A stretch of DNA of 63,999 bases, filler included, from Piptocephalis cylindrospora (GCA_003614145.1; 22 parts of 22 records of this genome joined end to end with filler, not necessarily neighbours in it); one strand, 5' to 3'; positions 13,044 to 25,962 are shown, counted from the whole stretch's first letter. Numbers and translations are program-made. The notes: generated by a model not told the origin, from the letters alone.

Positions 13044-14521
13044 TGGAAGGATGATGTAAAGAAAGGAGACGAGAGCAAAGGAAGGCACCACTCTGTCATT
13101 CAGATCTCTGCGGATGTCCACATACTTGGGAACTTGTATTGATATGTGTTTGTTCCAACTCTGGTGTGAACAAGTCAGACAGTGACTCAAAAAGTTTTAA
13201 TATGAAGCACACACCATTCCATCAAGGAATGTACAGATCGTATACGAGTTACAAGTAATAGGCCTATTCAATTCATAATGTTGTTTTTAGGGGTATGGCT
13301 ATCAGGAAGGGGTAAACGAGTAAGGGAATGACGGAGGGATCGGAAGATTCATGGAAGAAGCAACGATATCGTGAGGAAAGTTTCTGAGGCTTTTTTGAGA
13401 TGAATTTGTAAATACTTTTGATGATGATAAAACCGGTTTATATTTCCCTCATGGGACAGGCTACAGAGCATCCGAACGCATGACCCGTCTAGGCCGGCCT
13501 GCGTGGTACCAGGGACATTGTCCCCGACGTGTACCTTATTAATAATTATCTTCTAGGTATTACAGACACCTATAGCCCACCATGTCCTGGAGAAACTCCC
13601 GCCACCGTCTGGGTCTCCTAGTCAATTCAGGGAAGCTAATTTGTGAAGACTTTTAGGAAAAAGGGAAGATTGTAATTTTCCCAATACATTTCGCTGTTTA
13701 CTACTACTAGATGTAAAGTGGCTTCGTTTTCAAATGTATTGGGAATGTCAGTTGGAAGTCCAGTCCTTTATAGGGAAGCATCCAGGCAGATGGCTTCCTA
13801 CATTTACGACTATGCTATGGTATCCTTGTGTAGTCGGATCCTTTGCTTTGGTCGTTCATGAAGAGTCCTTCCTCACTTCGGCCCTTCCCACATACATTCC
13901 ACTCACACGGCTGGCACAACGACTTCCAAATCGTTATAATATGATTGTGACAACCCAAATGATTCAACCAAGTAAGCTAAGGATTAAACAGAAACGCGAA
14001 CCAAGGGAGGATCAAAGATGAAAAAAAGAAAGAGAAACGGAAGGACGAGCCCCAGAGTGGTTTATCCCTTGCTTTGTCGTCTCAAATACTTTCCTAGATT
14101 ATTTCCTGGTCGGTGTGTCTCTAGGATAAGCTTTCTCAAGTATGTATCCTGTGATCGGAGCACTTCTGGCTCAGGTCAGATCCTGTACGCGGTTGCCTTG
14201 CGCTTTCTTGCAAATACACCTACACACCTCATACCCATACCCACCTTCACATCATATCCTTTGGAAGGGCGAGCTCTTCCAATGTGCGGGCAATAGCTAC
14301 CTCACAGTTGTCATGTCAGGCGCGTCCGTCAAAAGGGCGCGCTCGTACGCGCCCCACTTTCTTCGTCTTCGGCTTTCGTGTTTGTGTTTGCTCCGACATA
14401 GATGTGAGTACAGCTCAGCACAGCCCACATCATCCTATTGATGTCCGCTGAATCCAAGTGACATAAACAGTAGTATAAATAGAGCGTATTCTCAGGCGCC
14501 CGATTTCCACTTCCCCATCCT

Positions 14522-14577
14522 CTCAACTCCCAACTAACTCCCAACTAACTCCCAACTCCCAACTCCCAACTCCCAAC
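14522..14577 (+). repeat. (CTCCCAA)n heptamer repeat with AACT variants, running into the contig end
   Basis: ctcaactcccaactaactcccaactaactcccaactcccaactcccaactcccaac. Confidence 0.9.
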
Positions 14578-14677
14578 NNNNNNNNNNNNNNNNNNNNNNN
14601 NNNNNNNNNNNNNNNNNNNNNTTAATTAATTAANNNNNNNNNNNNNNNNNNNNNNNNNNNNNNNNNNNNNNNNNNNN

Positions 14678-15899
14678 CGTACAAACCCGGCTTACCAGAC
14701 CATCCTTCACCTCATTCACTCGACCACCTCCGCACACCCACTTCACCTGGACCTTAACGCCAAGTCGACTCTACCCGACATCATCCATTTGACCGATCCT
14801 CAAGGGGATACTCTACTTCATCATGCTGCTCGACAGGTCGGAGCCATCCCCATAGCTCAGGGCCTTATCAAAGCAGGTGCCTCCTTGGAGGTAGTAAACT
14901 CTCAAGGTGAGAGTACTTGATGGTGTGTATGCATGCCCCGTGATACTTTCTTCATTCATCATTTAGGCTACCTTCTCCATAGGGAAAACACCACTCCATG
15001 AATCCCTTAGCGGGGAATACGATATGCTTCAGTTTCTCCTGGCCCAGGGGGCCGAGGTGGATGCACCTAAGCGTGGGGACTGGACATGTTTGCATGTAGC
15101 AGGTGGGTGTTTATGAATGTTCAGCCTTCTCGACGAGAAGTGATCCACTGACCCCCCATCTCATAGCGGGAAAAGGAAGTCTAGCCGTGCTACGATCTCT
15201 ACTTGCCTACGGGGCCGATCCTCTACAAAGGACAAGAGATGGTCGAAGTCCATTACATCTAGCTGCTGCCGAGGGTCATCTGGAGGTAGCACGCATCCTC
15301 CTCTCCTCCGCCCCAACCGCCGCTACTCTTCGTACCCAGACTGACCGGCTACCTGTTCATGCGGCTGCCTTGGCTGGCCATGCAGATCTAGCCATCAACC
15401 TCTTACGTGCTGCTCCAGACACCCTCATGGCCAAAGATTCTTCTGGTACCACCCCACTTCTCAGCGCCGTAGCTTCAGGGAATCTTCCCCTGGTTCAAGA
15501 CCTCCTTCATCATTGGGGCCTTTCGGCTCAAAAAGACTGCGATGTACAAGGGCGGAACTGGGCTCATCTGGCCGCCATGACCGGCAAGGTCTCCATGCTC
15601 GAGGAGGCCTCCCGCCACGGGGTTCCCCTGGATCTCCCCGATATCTGGGACCATTGGACTCCTATGCATTACGCTGTACGATACGGAAGATTAAAAGCCG
15701 TCTCCTTTCTTCTGGCTGCACATATCGATCTTTCTCGGCGGGACCGACAGGGTCGATCGTACAGGGATATTGGTCAGTAATGCGATTTCCTTGCCCCTTT
15801 TCTTCACTCTCACACCCCCACCTCGCTTATTCATTTCCCATAGCTAAGATGTGGGACTTTGCAGAGGTGGACAAGATGCTAGAGGAAGCTGAGGGATAA
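14678..15899 (+). CDS. Ankyrin-repeat protein, ANKRD16-like; 5' partial, introns about 14908-14982, 15103-15167, 15773-15843
   Basis: Repeats GDTLLHHAAR, GKTPLHES, DAPKRGDWTCLHVA, DGRSPLHLAAAEGH, SGTTPLLSAV, WTPMHYAVRYG. Confidence 0.8.
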
Positions 15900-16502
15900 C
15901 ATGAAGTGTCATACAACGCGTCGCATTGTTGCTCCAAATTCTTTACATGAACTCCTCTTTGTGAATGGGACCCTGATCAGCACCCTTTCTTTGCATCCTT
16001 TTCCTGACATAATCTATAAGGTCGATCCTGGAGATATGGTGCAAATGGCCATCGTTACCTCCCATGCCTTCTTTGGTCAATGCGCTTGTGCCTGTGAAGG
16101 TATCCTTGATCTTGCTCAGGCGCTAAAACACTCATTGGACACCTTCATCGTTCACCAGCACTCGCTAAAGTGAACATGTAGAGAAAAAGTTTGTCGGTAA
16201 GAATGCCCTAAACATACAATATACACGCAGTCCATTCATATTTAGATACGAGAGGACATTTAGTCTTATAGTTGTCTTTCCATCAGTGTTGACACACGGC
16301 CGCTACCTAAGAGATATTCACAGCAGACGCAGTGGGTGCAGGGTGGTTGCTGTGTGGATGGACATCGACTCTGTGGGGTGCGAATTATCTACATATCCTT
16401 CCTCCTCAGTTACTTTTGTATTGCCTTACCATTCTCCCATCCATCTTTACTGGACTCTTTATCAGCCTCCTTCTCCTTGCAAAGATCAGACCCGACTTCG
16501 TC

Positions 16503-17398
16503 ATGTTCAATGCCACCAAGGACTTTATGGGAAAGCCTGCCCCACCCGGCTATGTTCCTGGGTTGGGAAGAGGGTAGGATGTGATGCAGGGTGTCGTATA
16601 TCATCCCAGCTCCCAACTCACTTGTCATCCTTGCCCCTTAACCTGATCTTGTGTAGTGCCGCAGGATTCACCACACGATCTGACATTGGTCCTGCTCGCG
16701 AGGCTCCAGGCGATGGGTAAGTGGTGATGGTGGTGGTGATGTATCTCTCCTTGTATCCATCTATTCATTTCCCCCCTTCCCCCAGTGCTGCCGGAGGAGC
16801 TCAGGCTACTCCTGCACAAGAGGATCCAGCGCAATATCAGGATCCGGATAAGGAGACGGGCCTATTTAACACGGCCCCCTATGAGGAGGACGATGAGGAG
16901 GCCGACGCGATCTACTCCGAGGTCGATAAAGTGATGGAAGAACGGAGACAATCGAGAAAGGAGGCCAGAGAGCGGGAGGAGCTTCTTAGATATCGAAAGG
17001 AGAGGCCAAAGGTTCAACAGCAATTTGCCGACCTGAAGCGAGGCCTTTCTGAGGTAACGGAACAAGAGTGGGATGATCTTCCTGATGTGGGTGATCTCGT
17101 GGGGAAGAATCGAAGGAAGAAGCAGGCCCGGGAGCGCTTTTCCGCGGTCCCAGACTCTATCCTTGAGCGTGGAAGGGATCTTGGGGCGAGTAAGGAAGTG
17201 GAGGCTTCCATGGAGGAACCAGTAAGTACGGGGATAGGGTGGCGGATGGGGGTAGAGCTGATCATTGCCTTTTCCTCCATTCCGTAGAACGCCAATGGAT
17301 TGACCACACCCATGGTAGGATCTTCCAACGGGACTGCAACCAACTTTGCCGAGATTGGTCAGGCTAGGGACAAGGTCCTTGGATTGAAACTGGATCAG
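16503..17398 (+). CDS. PRP6: U5 snRNP / tri-snRNP splicing factor Prp6 (Prp1), N-terminal part, 3 introns, 3' truncated
   Basis: Spliced product MFNATKDFMGKPAPPGYVPGLGRGAAGFTTRSDIGPARE...YEEDDEEADAIY...PKVQQQFADLKRGLSEVTEQEWDDLPDVGDL...IGQARDKVLGLKLDQ matches the PRP1_N domain. Confidence 0.95.
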
Positions 17399-18613
17399 GT
17401 AGGATGTGCTAGGGCCAGGGGGCGGGTAGATGTGACNNNNNNNNNNNNNNNNNNNNNNNNNNNNNNNNNNNNNNNNNNNNTTAATTAATTAANNNNNNNN
17501 NNNNNNNNNNNNNNNNNNNNNNNNNNNNNNNNNNNNAATAGTAAAAAGCGGAAAGGAAGGAGGCGAGGGGAAACAAAACACAGGGGAAGGGGTGATGAAG
17601 AGGTGGGGAAGAGAAGAGGAGAGGAGAGAAGGGAAGAGAAAAAGGTCGATGAGGGGAGATATGCTTGCCATCATACAGAATAGGATGGCCTTAAGAGGGA
17701 AGTTGATCTCTGTAGATGATAGCGGCCTCTTCTTTTGCCGTACACACCTCCACTGACACACACATATTCACCCACACACACACATATACACACGCATTTC
17801 ATCAACGATTAACGGCCAACACCTCGACGGAGATGAAGGAGCGGGAGGCGGCAAGGGAGGCGGACTTGGTCGGGGATTCAACAGGAGAAGGCGGAGTGTT
17901 CAGCCTCTTGGGCTGTGCCTCCCACACCAGCCCCCTTCGTCACAGGGGGAAGGGATGTTTCTTACTCCGCTCCTCAGGGGCTCTACCTTTTCCCAGTAGG
18001 TCCTTGTATCACTCCACTCATTCCCTTAGGAGGCGAGTGAGGTGGTGCAAAATCAAACATTACCGGTTAGGATCAAACAATGAGGAGGCGCTTAGATGGA
18101 TAGACAGCGATTGATAGGAGGCATACCTGGTGAGGCTAATGCTATTTCTGTGTGTGAGTCTGGAGCTAGTCGGTTGCATGAATGTGACCTAGTCGTGTGC
18201 ATAAGAACGGAAAACAAGGCATATACATCGTCATCTAGTTCCCCTCACGTTCCTTCTCCGGTCCCCGGTCCCGTCCGTTCCCATCCCTTGAGTCATTTGC
18301 ATTCTTGAGAGAAAATTGGACGATGCTCCCAGGAACTCCGGAAAGGGTCAGGTGTGAAGGGGCTGGCCGCCTCGCTCGACTTGACATAGGGGTAGACGAG
18401 GTCAGCGAATGATCCCTGTCTGGTCAACCTATCACCGTTCCTTCTCTCCTCTTACCTCTATTGGAGAGGGCACTGTGTCTCCTAGAAGAACGCGTGGACA
18501 GTGACGGCAAGCCCGTATGTCAAACCAGTTACTCCTTAACCCTTTACCTTTGTATGGTGCAAGATACTGGTAGAAAGGCTTCTTTCTTTATATCTCATCC
18601 CTTATCCTAACTT

Positions 18614-20390
18614 TCATCGCTCATCTCTCCATTTCCTCATGCATAGCGAGGCATTAGTCCCTCCAAACCCAAAGGAATTAGTCAAGGCTATTTCCACGGG
18701 ACGAGACTGTCCTTGATCACGGATATAGTCAAAAGGATATGCTCCTTCATCCTCTTCCTCAGCGTGGAGCCTATCCAGGTTCTTGGTCGGGGGAGCTTTA
18801 TCCTGTCATATGAGTTTAGAGAGAGTAAGCAGAGCCGTGAGTAGAAATCCTTTTAGCTTGACTTTACCCATCACAACGTACCGTGGAAAGGGCTAAAAGG
18901 GTAAATATGGTTTCAACTGCCCCGGCTGCCCCGAGAAGATGGCCAATGGCTCCTTTGGTAGAGGAAATGGCAAGTTCTTTTCCTCGCCCCCCACCGACTA
19001 GCCGAAGGATGGCCCGGTTTTCAGCCGTATCCCCCAAGGGAGTAGATGTGGCATGGGCATTGATGTAATCCACCTGAGTGGGCGGGATCCCAGCATGCCC
19101 AAGGGCTCTGGACATGGCCAACAAGGCTCCCCGACCGTCCTCCGAGGGGGCCGTCATGTGGTGTGCATCTCCGGAAAGTCCATATCCTACGATCTCCCCA
19201 TATATCTTGGCCCCACGTTCCCGGGCATGGCCCGCCTCCTCTAGCACTAGGATCCCCGCTCCCTCCCCCATTATGAACCCCTCTCTCCTGGAGTCAAAGG
19301 GCCTCGATGCCCCTTGGGGATTATCATTGAATGAAGTGGCCAGTGCCTTGGCCCTAATAATAATAGTAAATCAAAAGTATAGGCGTAAGATTGGATAAGC
19401 AATTCCTTGGCCCGCCCAATTTTACCTGGAAAACCCCGCAATGGCAATGGGGGAGATGCATGCCTCGGTCCCGCCTGCTAGCATGACATCGGCATCCCCT
19501 TCCTGGATGAATCGACACGCGTCCCCAATGGCATGAAGCCCTGTCGTACATGCGGTTGCCACCGCATGATTAGGCCCCTTTTGGGGGAGGGGGAGGTATT
19601 TTTAGCGGTTAAAATGTGTCCCTTCCTCTCTTTATCTCGTCTATCCTGAAAGCATACCCAAAGACCATGTCGGATGCTCAAATGACCAGCAGCCATGTTG
19701 GTTAAGATACGTGGGATATACATGGGGCTGATGCGTCGGTAGGCTGTCCGTAACTGTCGATCCATCTCCTCGACATTCTGAGTGCTTTTCGAGTCTGGCA
19801 GAAGACGAGCCACGTCCACTGTATCCTCCAGACTGCCTATTCCTGATCCCACACATACTCCCTACGAATATGGGACGGGTGAGTGGACAAGAAGCACCCC
19901 TCAATCCTTATCTCATCTACACACCATTCTCTCCCTAGCTTCATCGGATCTTGGCCGATACTGCGCGTCCTCCAGAGCTTCGTGAGCGGCAGCTAGGGCG
20001 TACTGAGTAAAAAGGGCGAGACGTCGTTCCTCCCCACTGTCCAGATATTCACTGGCCAGGAAGCCTCCCTCGCTCCTAGGCCCTCTGGGAACACACGCTG
20101 CCACCGTACATGGGAGCCCATTTAACGGGGCTAAGTGGGAGGGAGGATCATCCTCTCGTCGAAGTGACCGTAGGCCTGAGGCCTTTCCCTCCACCAGCCT
20201 CTCCCATACCCTAGATACACCAACACCTAAAGGGCTCACTAGACCCATCCCGGTCACCACGACTCGCCGTGCTTTGGATACACCTCTGTGGATGCTCGCT
20301 GTGGTCATGCTGAAGAGGGCTAAGACAAGGAGGTAGGTGGGGAAATAAAGTGATATTCAGTGTGTGGTGACCTGCAGATACTGATCCCAT
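18614..20390 (-). CDS. CEM1: Mitochondrial 3-oxoacyl-ACP synthase (FabF-like KAS), multi-exon
   Basis: [101 protein letters not shown]. The start is uncertain (20308, or 20390 via a small upstream exon). Confidence 0.95.
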
Positions 20391-20503
20391 GCGCGCTCTT
20401 AAGNNNNNNNNNNNNNNNNNNNNNNNNNNNNNNNNNNNNNNNNNNNNTTAATTAATTAANNNNNNNNNNNNNNNNNNNNNNNNNNNNNNNNNNNNNNNNN
20501 NNN

Positions 20504-23369
20504 CTCAATCCTTCCCCCAAGCCCCATCATGTCGCCAATCGCTTTGCCTCCCGTACTCCCCTTCCCCCCCCGGCTAGTAGATCCCAGATTCTCATGCAAC
20601 GCCGGGATCGTCTTCGGTCTCGAAGGCTCTCTCGTCAGGCCGCCGTTGCCTCCCGTCAGGAAGCCCTGCGTCTCTGGCGCTCCTCTCGTCTTCAGCTGGC
20701 CCTGGAAACCGCCTCTCATCGTCGTCTCCGACTCCTTCAGTCCCAAAAGTCTAGGTGTGCCGGCGCCGTTGCCCATGCCAAGGAGGTTGCACGGACTAAT
20801 CGGGAACGCCGAGCACGTGAGGCGAGTGTCCTCATTCAGGACTGGTGGAGACGCCAATCCCTGGCCCGTCTCTTCCGTGAATTCCGTGCTGCTGGGGGCT
20901 CCATGGCCCGTGTCCGCGCCGCCTCTTCCTTCCCCGCCGCTGCTCGCCTGTCCCCGGCTCCGCCCTTGATCCCGGCCACGCTCCTCGGACGTATCCTTCT
21001 CCTCTCCCAGGCCACCCGGTCAAAAGATCATCAGGAGGAGGGGGAGGAGGAGCCCATGAGGAGGGTGCGTAATCGTACTCGTACCTTCCTCTCCTCCTTC
21101 CTCCTCCTCGCGTACCCCGAGGATACCTTGGTAGGGATGTCGGGTGAGGAGGAGGAAAAGGTTCTGACTGGAGCCTCCAAGAGGATGCTTGGTCGTCTAC
21201 GCACCCTAGAGCGACGAGTGATCGATCAGGATCGTCATCCACCTCCCAAAGGCTTTGATCCTATCCTCGAAGAGGGTGGTGCGTCCGAAATTAAGGCTTT
21301 TACTCAGGCTTGGAAATCCTACCATAGATCTTTTCTCTCCTGGAAGGTCCAGGATCGTCAGGCTCTCCTTCACTCTCTACGTGAACGTTATCACGGATTG
21401 AGCGATGTCTGGAGAAAAGTTCAAGGTCAGGAGGACCAAGACGCCTGGAGAGTAGAAGTTCGTGCTCAACAAGAGGCCCTGGTACGAGAAGCCTACCATC
21501 TTGCCGCTGAACAAGGTGTTTGTTTTGTGGAAGGTGTCCGGAGAGGCGACCATGGAGAAGAGAGGCAGGGAAAGGGAAAAGAGAGGGAAGGGGAAGAGGA
21601 AGAGGCTCAGTCCCCCATCAACGATCCATCCATAGTTCAGATCACTGAGAGAATTGGAAGCTCTACCACTCAGGACAGTGTTGTTGCTGGGATGGGGGAG
21701 TTCACAGGACTCAAGCCACAAGAACGCGAAAGTTCCCAGAACAAGGACATTGTAGCAAAGAGCATTGGATGGGATAACATCGACCTGGTCCATGCTCTAT
21801 GTGTCGACCCTTGCTTTAACCTAGAACGCTTTGAAAAGGATCAAGCCATGAGGGGCTCTGTCCGCAACGGCGCTGATATGAATGAGTTGGATGAGGAAGA
21901 AGAGGAGGAGGATGAGACCTCCATCCAAGGAATCCGTCTGGATTCCCAGGGCAACATCATGGTCAAGGATGCCAAGGAGGCCAGGAGGATCCAAAAGCAT
22001 CTGGAGGAGGTGAGTATTCGCGCCATTGGGGATAAAGTGGCCCAGGCCTGGGAGAAAGAAGAAGAGGGGACAAGCCAAGCCAATTCGCGGGTCGATTGGG
22101 TCAACATGATGACGAGAGAGCTCAGGAGTAAATTACAGGCCCTTCTTCCTTCTTCCTCAGGTCAATCCAATGGAGCCTCCGCCATGGGCCAGGGATCTCA
22201 AAAGCTTTCCCAGGACATCGAGCATATTTTGGGAGAGGAGAGCGTGCCTATGGAGGCCGCCTTATCCTCCGTCAGATCAGGCCCTGGGAAGGTTGAGGTG
22301 GCCCAAATCCTTTCCCAAACCATGACTCATCTCGTGGCCCGAATGTGTGCCCCGGTCAGGGATCAAGAAGTCCGAAGGATCATTGGGAGAATCCACGCAT
22401 GGTCTTCCTCCCCCATGAACGAGGGACAAGGACGGGAGCTGGTAGAGATCTTCCGGGAGATCCTTCAGGCCCTTGATGCGATGAAGCAGGATCTAAGGCA
22501 GTATCAGGTCGAGTCCCTGATCCCCATCCTACGGGAATGTGGCGTTGAGTATGAGAGGACCAAATTCCGTGATATTTTGGTTTCCTCCTCCTCTCCTGAT
22601 CTGGAAAAGACTCAAGCGTGGCTGAAGGTCTCCGCCAAGTGTTTGAGTGAGGAGAGAGCCCAGAGAGATCCTGAAGGTATCCAGGCTCCAGAAGCCAAAA
22701 TCCGATATGGCGAGGTGTACACTTTGGCCTTCCTCAACCTCCTTCTCCATCATCCATCTTCATCTACGACCCAGCATCTAGGCCAAGAGGCAAATGGAAA
22801 TATGCTCATTCCAGAAACCCTAGTCCTTGATACCCATAGGATTCGTCGATGGTCCCGAAAGCTTCGACACATTACCATGGCCTGCTCCTTGGCTCTCTTG
22901 ATGAGAAATGTCTCTGGAAGGATCCGTGGAAATGCAAGTCCCGAACTAGGTAGAGATTTGGTCCAGGAGCTAATTGTTCTCCTAAGACGGGTCTCTCTTG
23001 AGAGGACAAAGGAGGAGGAGGAGGATGAGGGGACAAAGAGTCTTATCCTCTTTATCGAGAAAAGAGTGGGCCAAGTCACCAGGATCGACAAGACCAATGC
23101 TTCCCCCTCTCTCCCTGCCGATTGGGCCAGGAGCATGGTCCAAAGGGTCACCCAGGGCCGTGAACCCGTCCACGGTCTCCTTACCCGTAGGATCCGTGCC
23201 CTCTTCACTCATTGGCTCTCCCTTCCCGAGGATTCTGGTGAAATATCCTCCAATTTGCATCAAGATGAAGAGAGAAGACGAAGGAAAGAGGGGGCCGAGA
23301 GACAAGGGCTCACCGGGGTGTATGATGAGCTGGAGCGCGTGGGTTTGGAGGACCGTAGCGGCGCTCGGG
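20504..23369 (+). CDS. T-complex protein 11 (Tcp11/Sok1-like) domain protein, partial at both ends
   Basis: Frame open across the whole contig. Contains an IQ-like IQDWWRR, RTFLSSFLLLAYPE, FLSWKVQDRQAL, LVHALCVDPCF, MCAPVRDQEV, LDAMKQDLRQY, GVEYERTKF, IPETLVLDTHRI. Confidence 0.85.
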
Positions 23370-23769
23370 NNNNNNNNNNNNNNNNNNNNNNNNNNNNNNN
23401 NNNNNNNNNNNNNTTAATTAATTAANNNNNNNNNNNNNNNNNNNNNNNNNNNNNNNNNNNNNNNNNNNNTCCTCACTCTTCTCTCGCCTCTTTCCTTTCA
23501 CGTTTCTCCCTCAAGCGCCCACCCTCCTCCCGCACCTCTCTCTCACTCGCTCCTCTTCCACGGCACACAGACCCTTCCTCTCACCTCATCCTCTCCCACA
23601 CTCATTCATCATCCTTTGCTCGACACTTCACGACTTTGTCACTCTTCCCCTTCCATCCTCGTCTCGTGCCCTCTCACTCATTCGCCTTTTAGATTTCCTC
23701 TCTCTTTCCCTCTCCCACTCATCCTCCCCTTCTCTCCCATCCCTCCCACCTCTATCACACACCTTCATT

Positions 23770-24399
23770 ATGCGCTCTTCCATCTCTGTGCTTTCCACCT
23801 CCGCTACCATTCTCTTCCTGGGCGCCGTCTCTGGTCAGATGATGAACGGAAACTGGCAACAGCAGCAGATGCTCCAGACTGGTAACTGGCTCAACAACCC
23901 TGGTGTTGGTGGTGGTGCTATAGGCTTTGGCGGCCAGCCCGGTGCCTTTGACTATGATTCTTGCGCTGCTGGTTGTACTGATCCCAACTACCAGCAAAGC
24001 TGTATCCGTGAATGTGGTCTCCGTCGTATGAACGGTGGTATGCTTCCCGGGTCCATGGTCGGTCCAGGCGGTATGCCTGGTTCCATGCCTCTTCCAGTCA
24101 ATGGAGGTATGGGCATGGGTATGCCAGGCGTCATCAACCCCACTGTTGGTGGCCTCAATCCTTCCTTGGGTAATGTGGAGGGTAGTCAGAACTGGGGCAA
24201 CATCTTCACCCAGAACGGTCGTAACATGATCATCTGCCCTGCCACCGCCGTCTTCCCCAACGGAACTCGGTGTACTCCCGGCACCCTGACCGTTGCCTCA
24301 GCCAACAATGTCCCCGGTCGTCGCAATGGCTCCGATCGGACTGTCGCTGGTTTTGGCTTTGCCTCTCTTGGTCTTTTGGCTGCTGTCATTGTCTTTTAG
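23770..24399 (+). CDS. Secreted Gly/Met/Pro/Asn-rich protein with Cys cluster and probable GPI signal
   Basis: Signal peptide MRSSISVLSTSATILFLGAVSG, CAAGCTDPNYQQSCIREC, and hydrophobic C-terminus NGSDRTVAGFGFASLGLLAAVIVF. Confidence 0.75.
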   Translation: MRSSISVLSTSATILFLGAVSGQMMNGNWQQQQMLQTGNWLNNPGVGGGAIGFGGQPGAFDYDSCAAGCTDPNYQQSCIRECGLRRMNGGMLPGSMVGPGGMPGSMPLPVNGGMGMGMPGVINPTVGGLNPSLGNVEGSQNWGNIFTQNGRNMIICPATAVFPNGTRCTPGTLTVASANNVPGRRNGSDRTVAGFGFASLGLLAAVIVF

Positions 24400-25530
24400 A
24401 CCTTGCAGTCTCTGTGCGTGTGGGTTTATGTGTGTGTATGCGTGTTGGTATGGAATATGGGATGATGATCGGGATGGAAACGGGTATAAGGATCTGCCCT
24501 TTTGGTGCAGGGTATGCAGCATATGCATCCCATCTTGTAGGCTCCTCCCCCTCTCGCTCTTTCCTCATCTCTTCATTTCCACTTTGATCCTCTTCCTCTT
24601 TTTCACTTTGAAATGCAATGAGAACTTTTCCTCCCATCTTCTCTGTCTCGCTCTTTCGGCCTTACTCACCACGGTGCCATTACGTCGTCAAAGAGCTTCC
24701 TCTCCTCTATCTCCCTCTTTTCGTTCCCTTTCTCTTCCAAGGATAAGGAAGGGGGACATCGGATCTAGAAATGCTCATTTGTCCTAGTTCATCCTCCGCA
24801 TCCACAGCGGATTTTTCCCTTCCCCTGGTTGAGAGTCCCCAACTCCGACCTCCGATATCAGAAGTCGGAGTGTCAAAAATAGGCTATCGGGCACTTACAC
24901 CTCCTGGGGTCTTTTCTGATACTCCGACCCTGCGTCGAGCCATCTATCTACTCGTCGGACCCTCAATATACCTGTCGGGTCCTCAATACATCTGGCGGAG
25001 GCTGAAATGCGGAGCTGAAAAATGGGACGGCTGATTGGCCAAGGGAGAAGGTGCATACAGAAGGGAATGGCAGAAGGATGATGCCGAGCGGGCCTTCAAG
25101 GAGGGGGTGGGGGCACGGAGACTCAGCGTGTCTGGGGTCTATCCTCTATTCGCGAATGGCCTCAGGGATTCACGGGTACTCCGACCGACAGGGTAGAAAG
25201 AGTATGTCCTCTGCCTCCATCCTAGTTTGTCAATCAGGGAAGGGGGGTAGCGAAAAATTCCTTATAAAGGACCTCCTCTTCTGCTATTCCTCTATCCACT
25301 CTTCGTCTATTCCACCCACATTATCCCTTTCTTCCTGAATCTTCACGTCACGTCCCACGCTCTTCCTTCCGCGCTCACCTCACTTTTCCCTCTTCCCCAA
25401 CGCACCACTCTCCTCGCTTCCTCCCTGCCTTTCCTTCAACCCCGTCTCCTCTCCTATCTTCTTCTTTCCCCTTTTGACACGAACTCACGCCCACTTCCCG
25501 CACACACACACACGTCCCCACTCTATCATC

Positions 25531-25962
25531 ATGCAATTATCTGCCACAACTCGCTTCTCCTCTCTCGCCGCCATTGCCTTGGCCTGCACCACAGCCACCG
25601 TCCAAGCCCAGATGGGCGCCCCGATGGGCGGTCAAATGCCAGGTCAAATGGGTGGTCCAATGGGCGGTCCGATGGGTGGGCAGATGCCAGGTCAAATGGG
25701 TGGTCCGATGGGTGGCCCGATGGGTGGCCCGATGGGTGGTCCTATGGGTGGTCCGATGCCAGGTCAAATGGGCGGTATGGGAGGCATGCCTCCTGGTGCC
25801 TTGAATGCCGCCCCTCCTCCCTCCCAGGGCTTTCCTCCGGTCAATGATGCTTCCATGCCCTACCATCGTTGGAACAGCGCCCCTGGTGCCGCCACCCCGG
25901 GTGTTGGATATACCCTCGGTGCAGCTACTGTTGTCGTGGGTCTAGTCGCTTTGGCCTACTAA
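25531..25962 (+). CDS. Secreted (MGGP/MPGQ)n repeat protein with probable GPI signal
   Basis: Signal peptide MQLSATTRFSSLAAIALACTTATVQA, tandem MGGP/MGGQ/MPGQ tetrapeptides, and C-terminus NSAPGAATPGVGYTLGAATVVVGLVALAY. TATA-like TATAAA near 25263. Confidence 0.8.
   Translation: MQLSATTRFSSLAAIALACTTATVQAQMGAPMGGQMPGQMGGPMGGPMGGQMPGQMGGPMGGPMGGPMGGPMGGPMPGQMGGMGGMPPGALNAAPPPSQGFPPVNDASMPYHRWNSAPGAATPGVGYTLGAATVVVGLVALAY

Noticed and set aside
17537..18600. Possible ncRNA or riboswitch downstream of CEM1
   Set aside because: No TPP, snRNA, RNase P/MRP or SRP consensus found by eye. An Rfam scan would be needed to exclude one.
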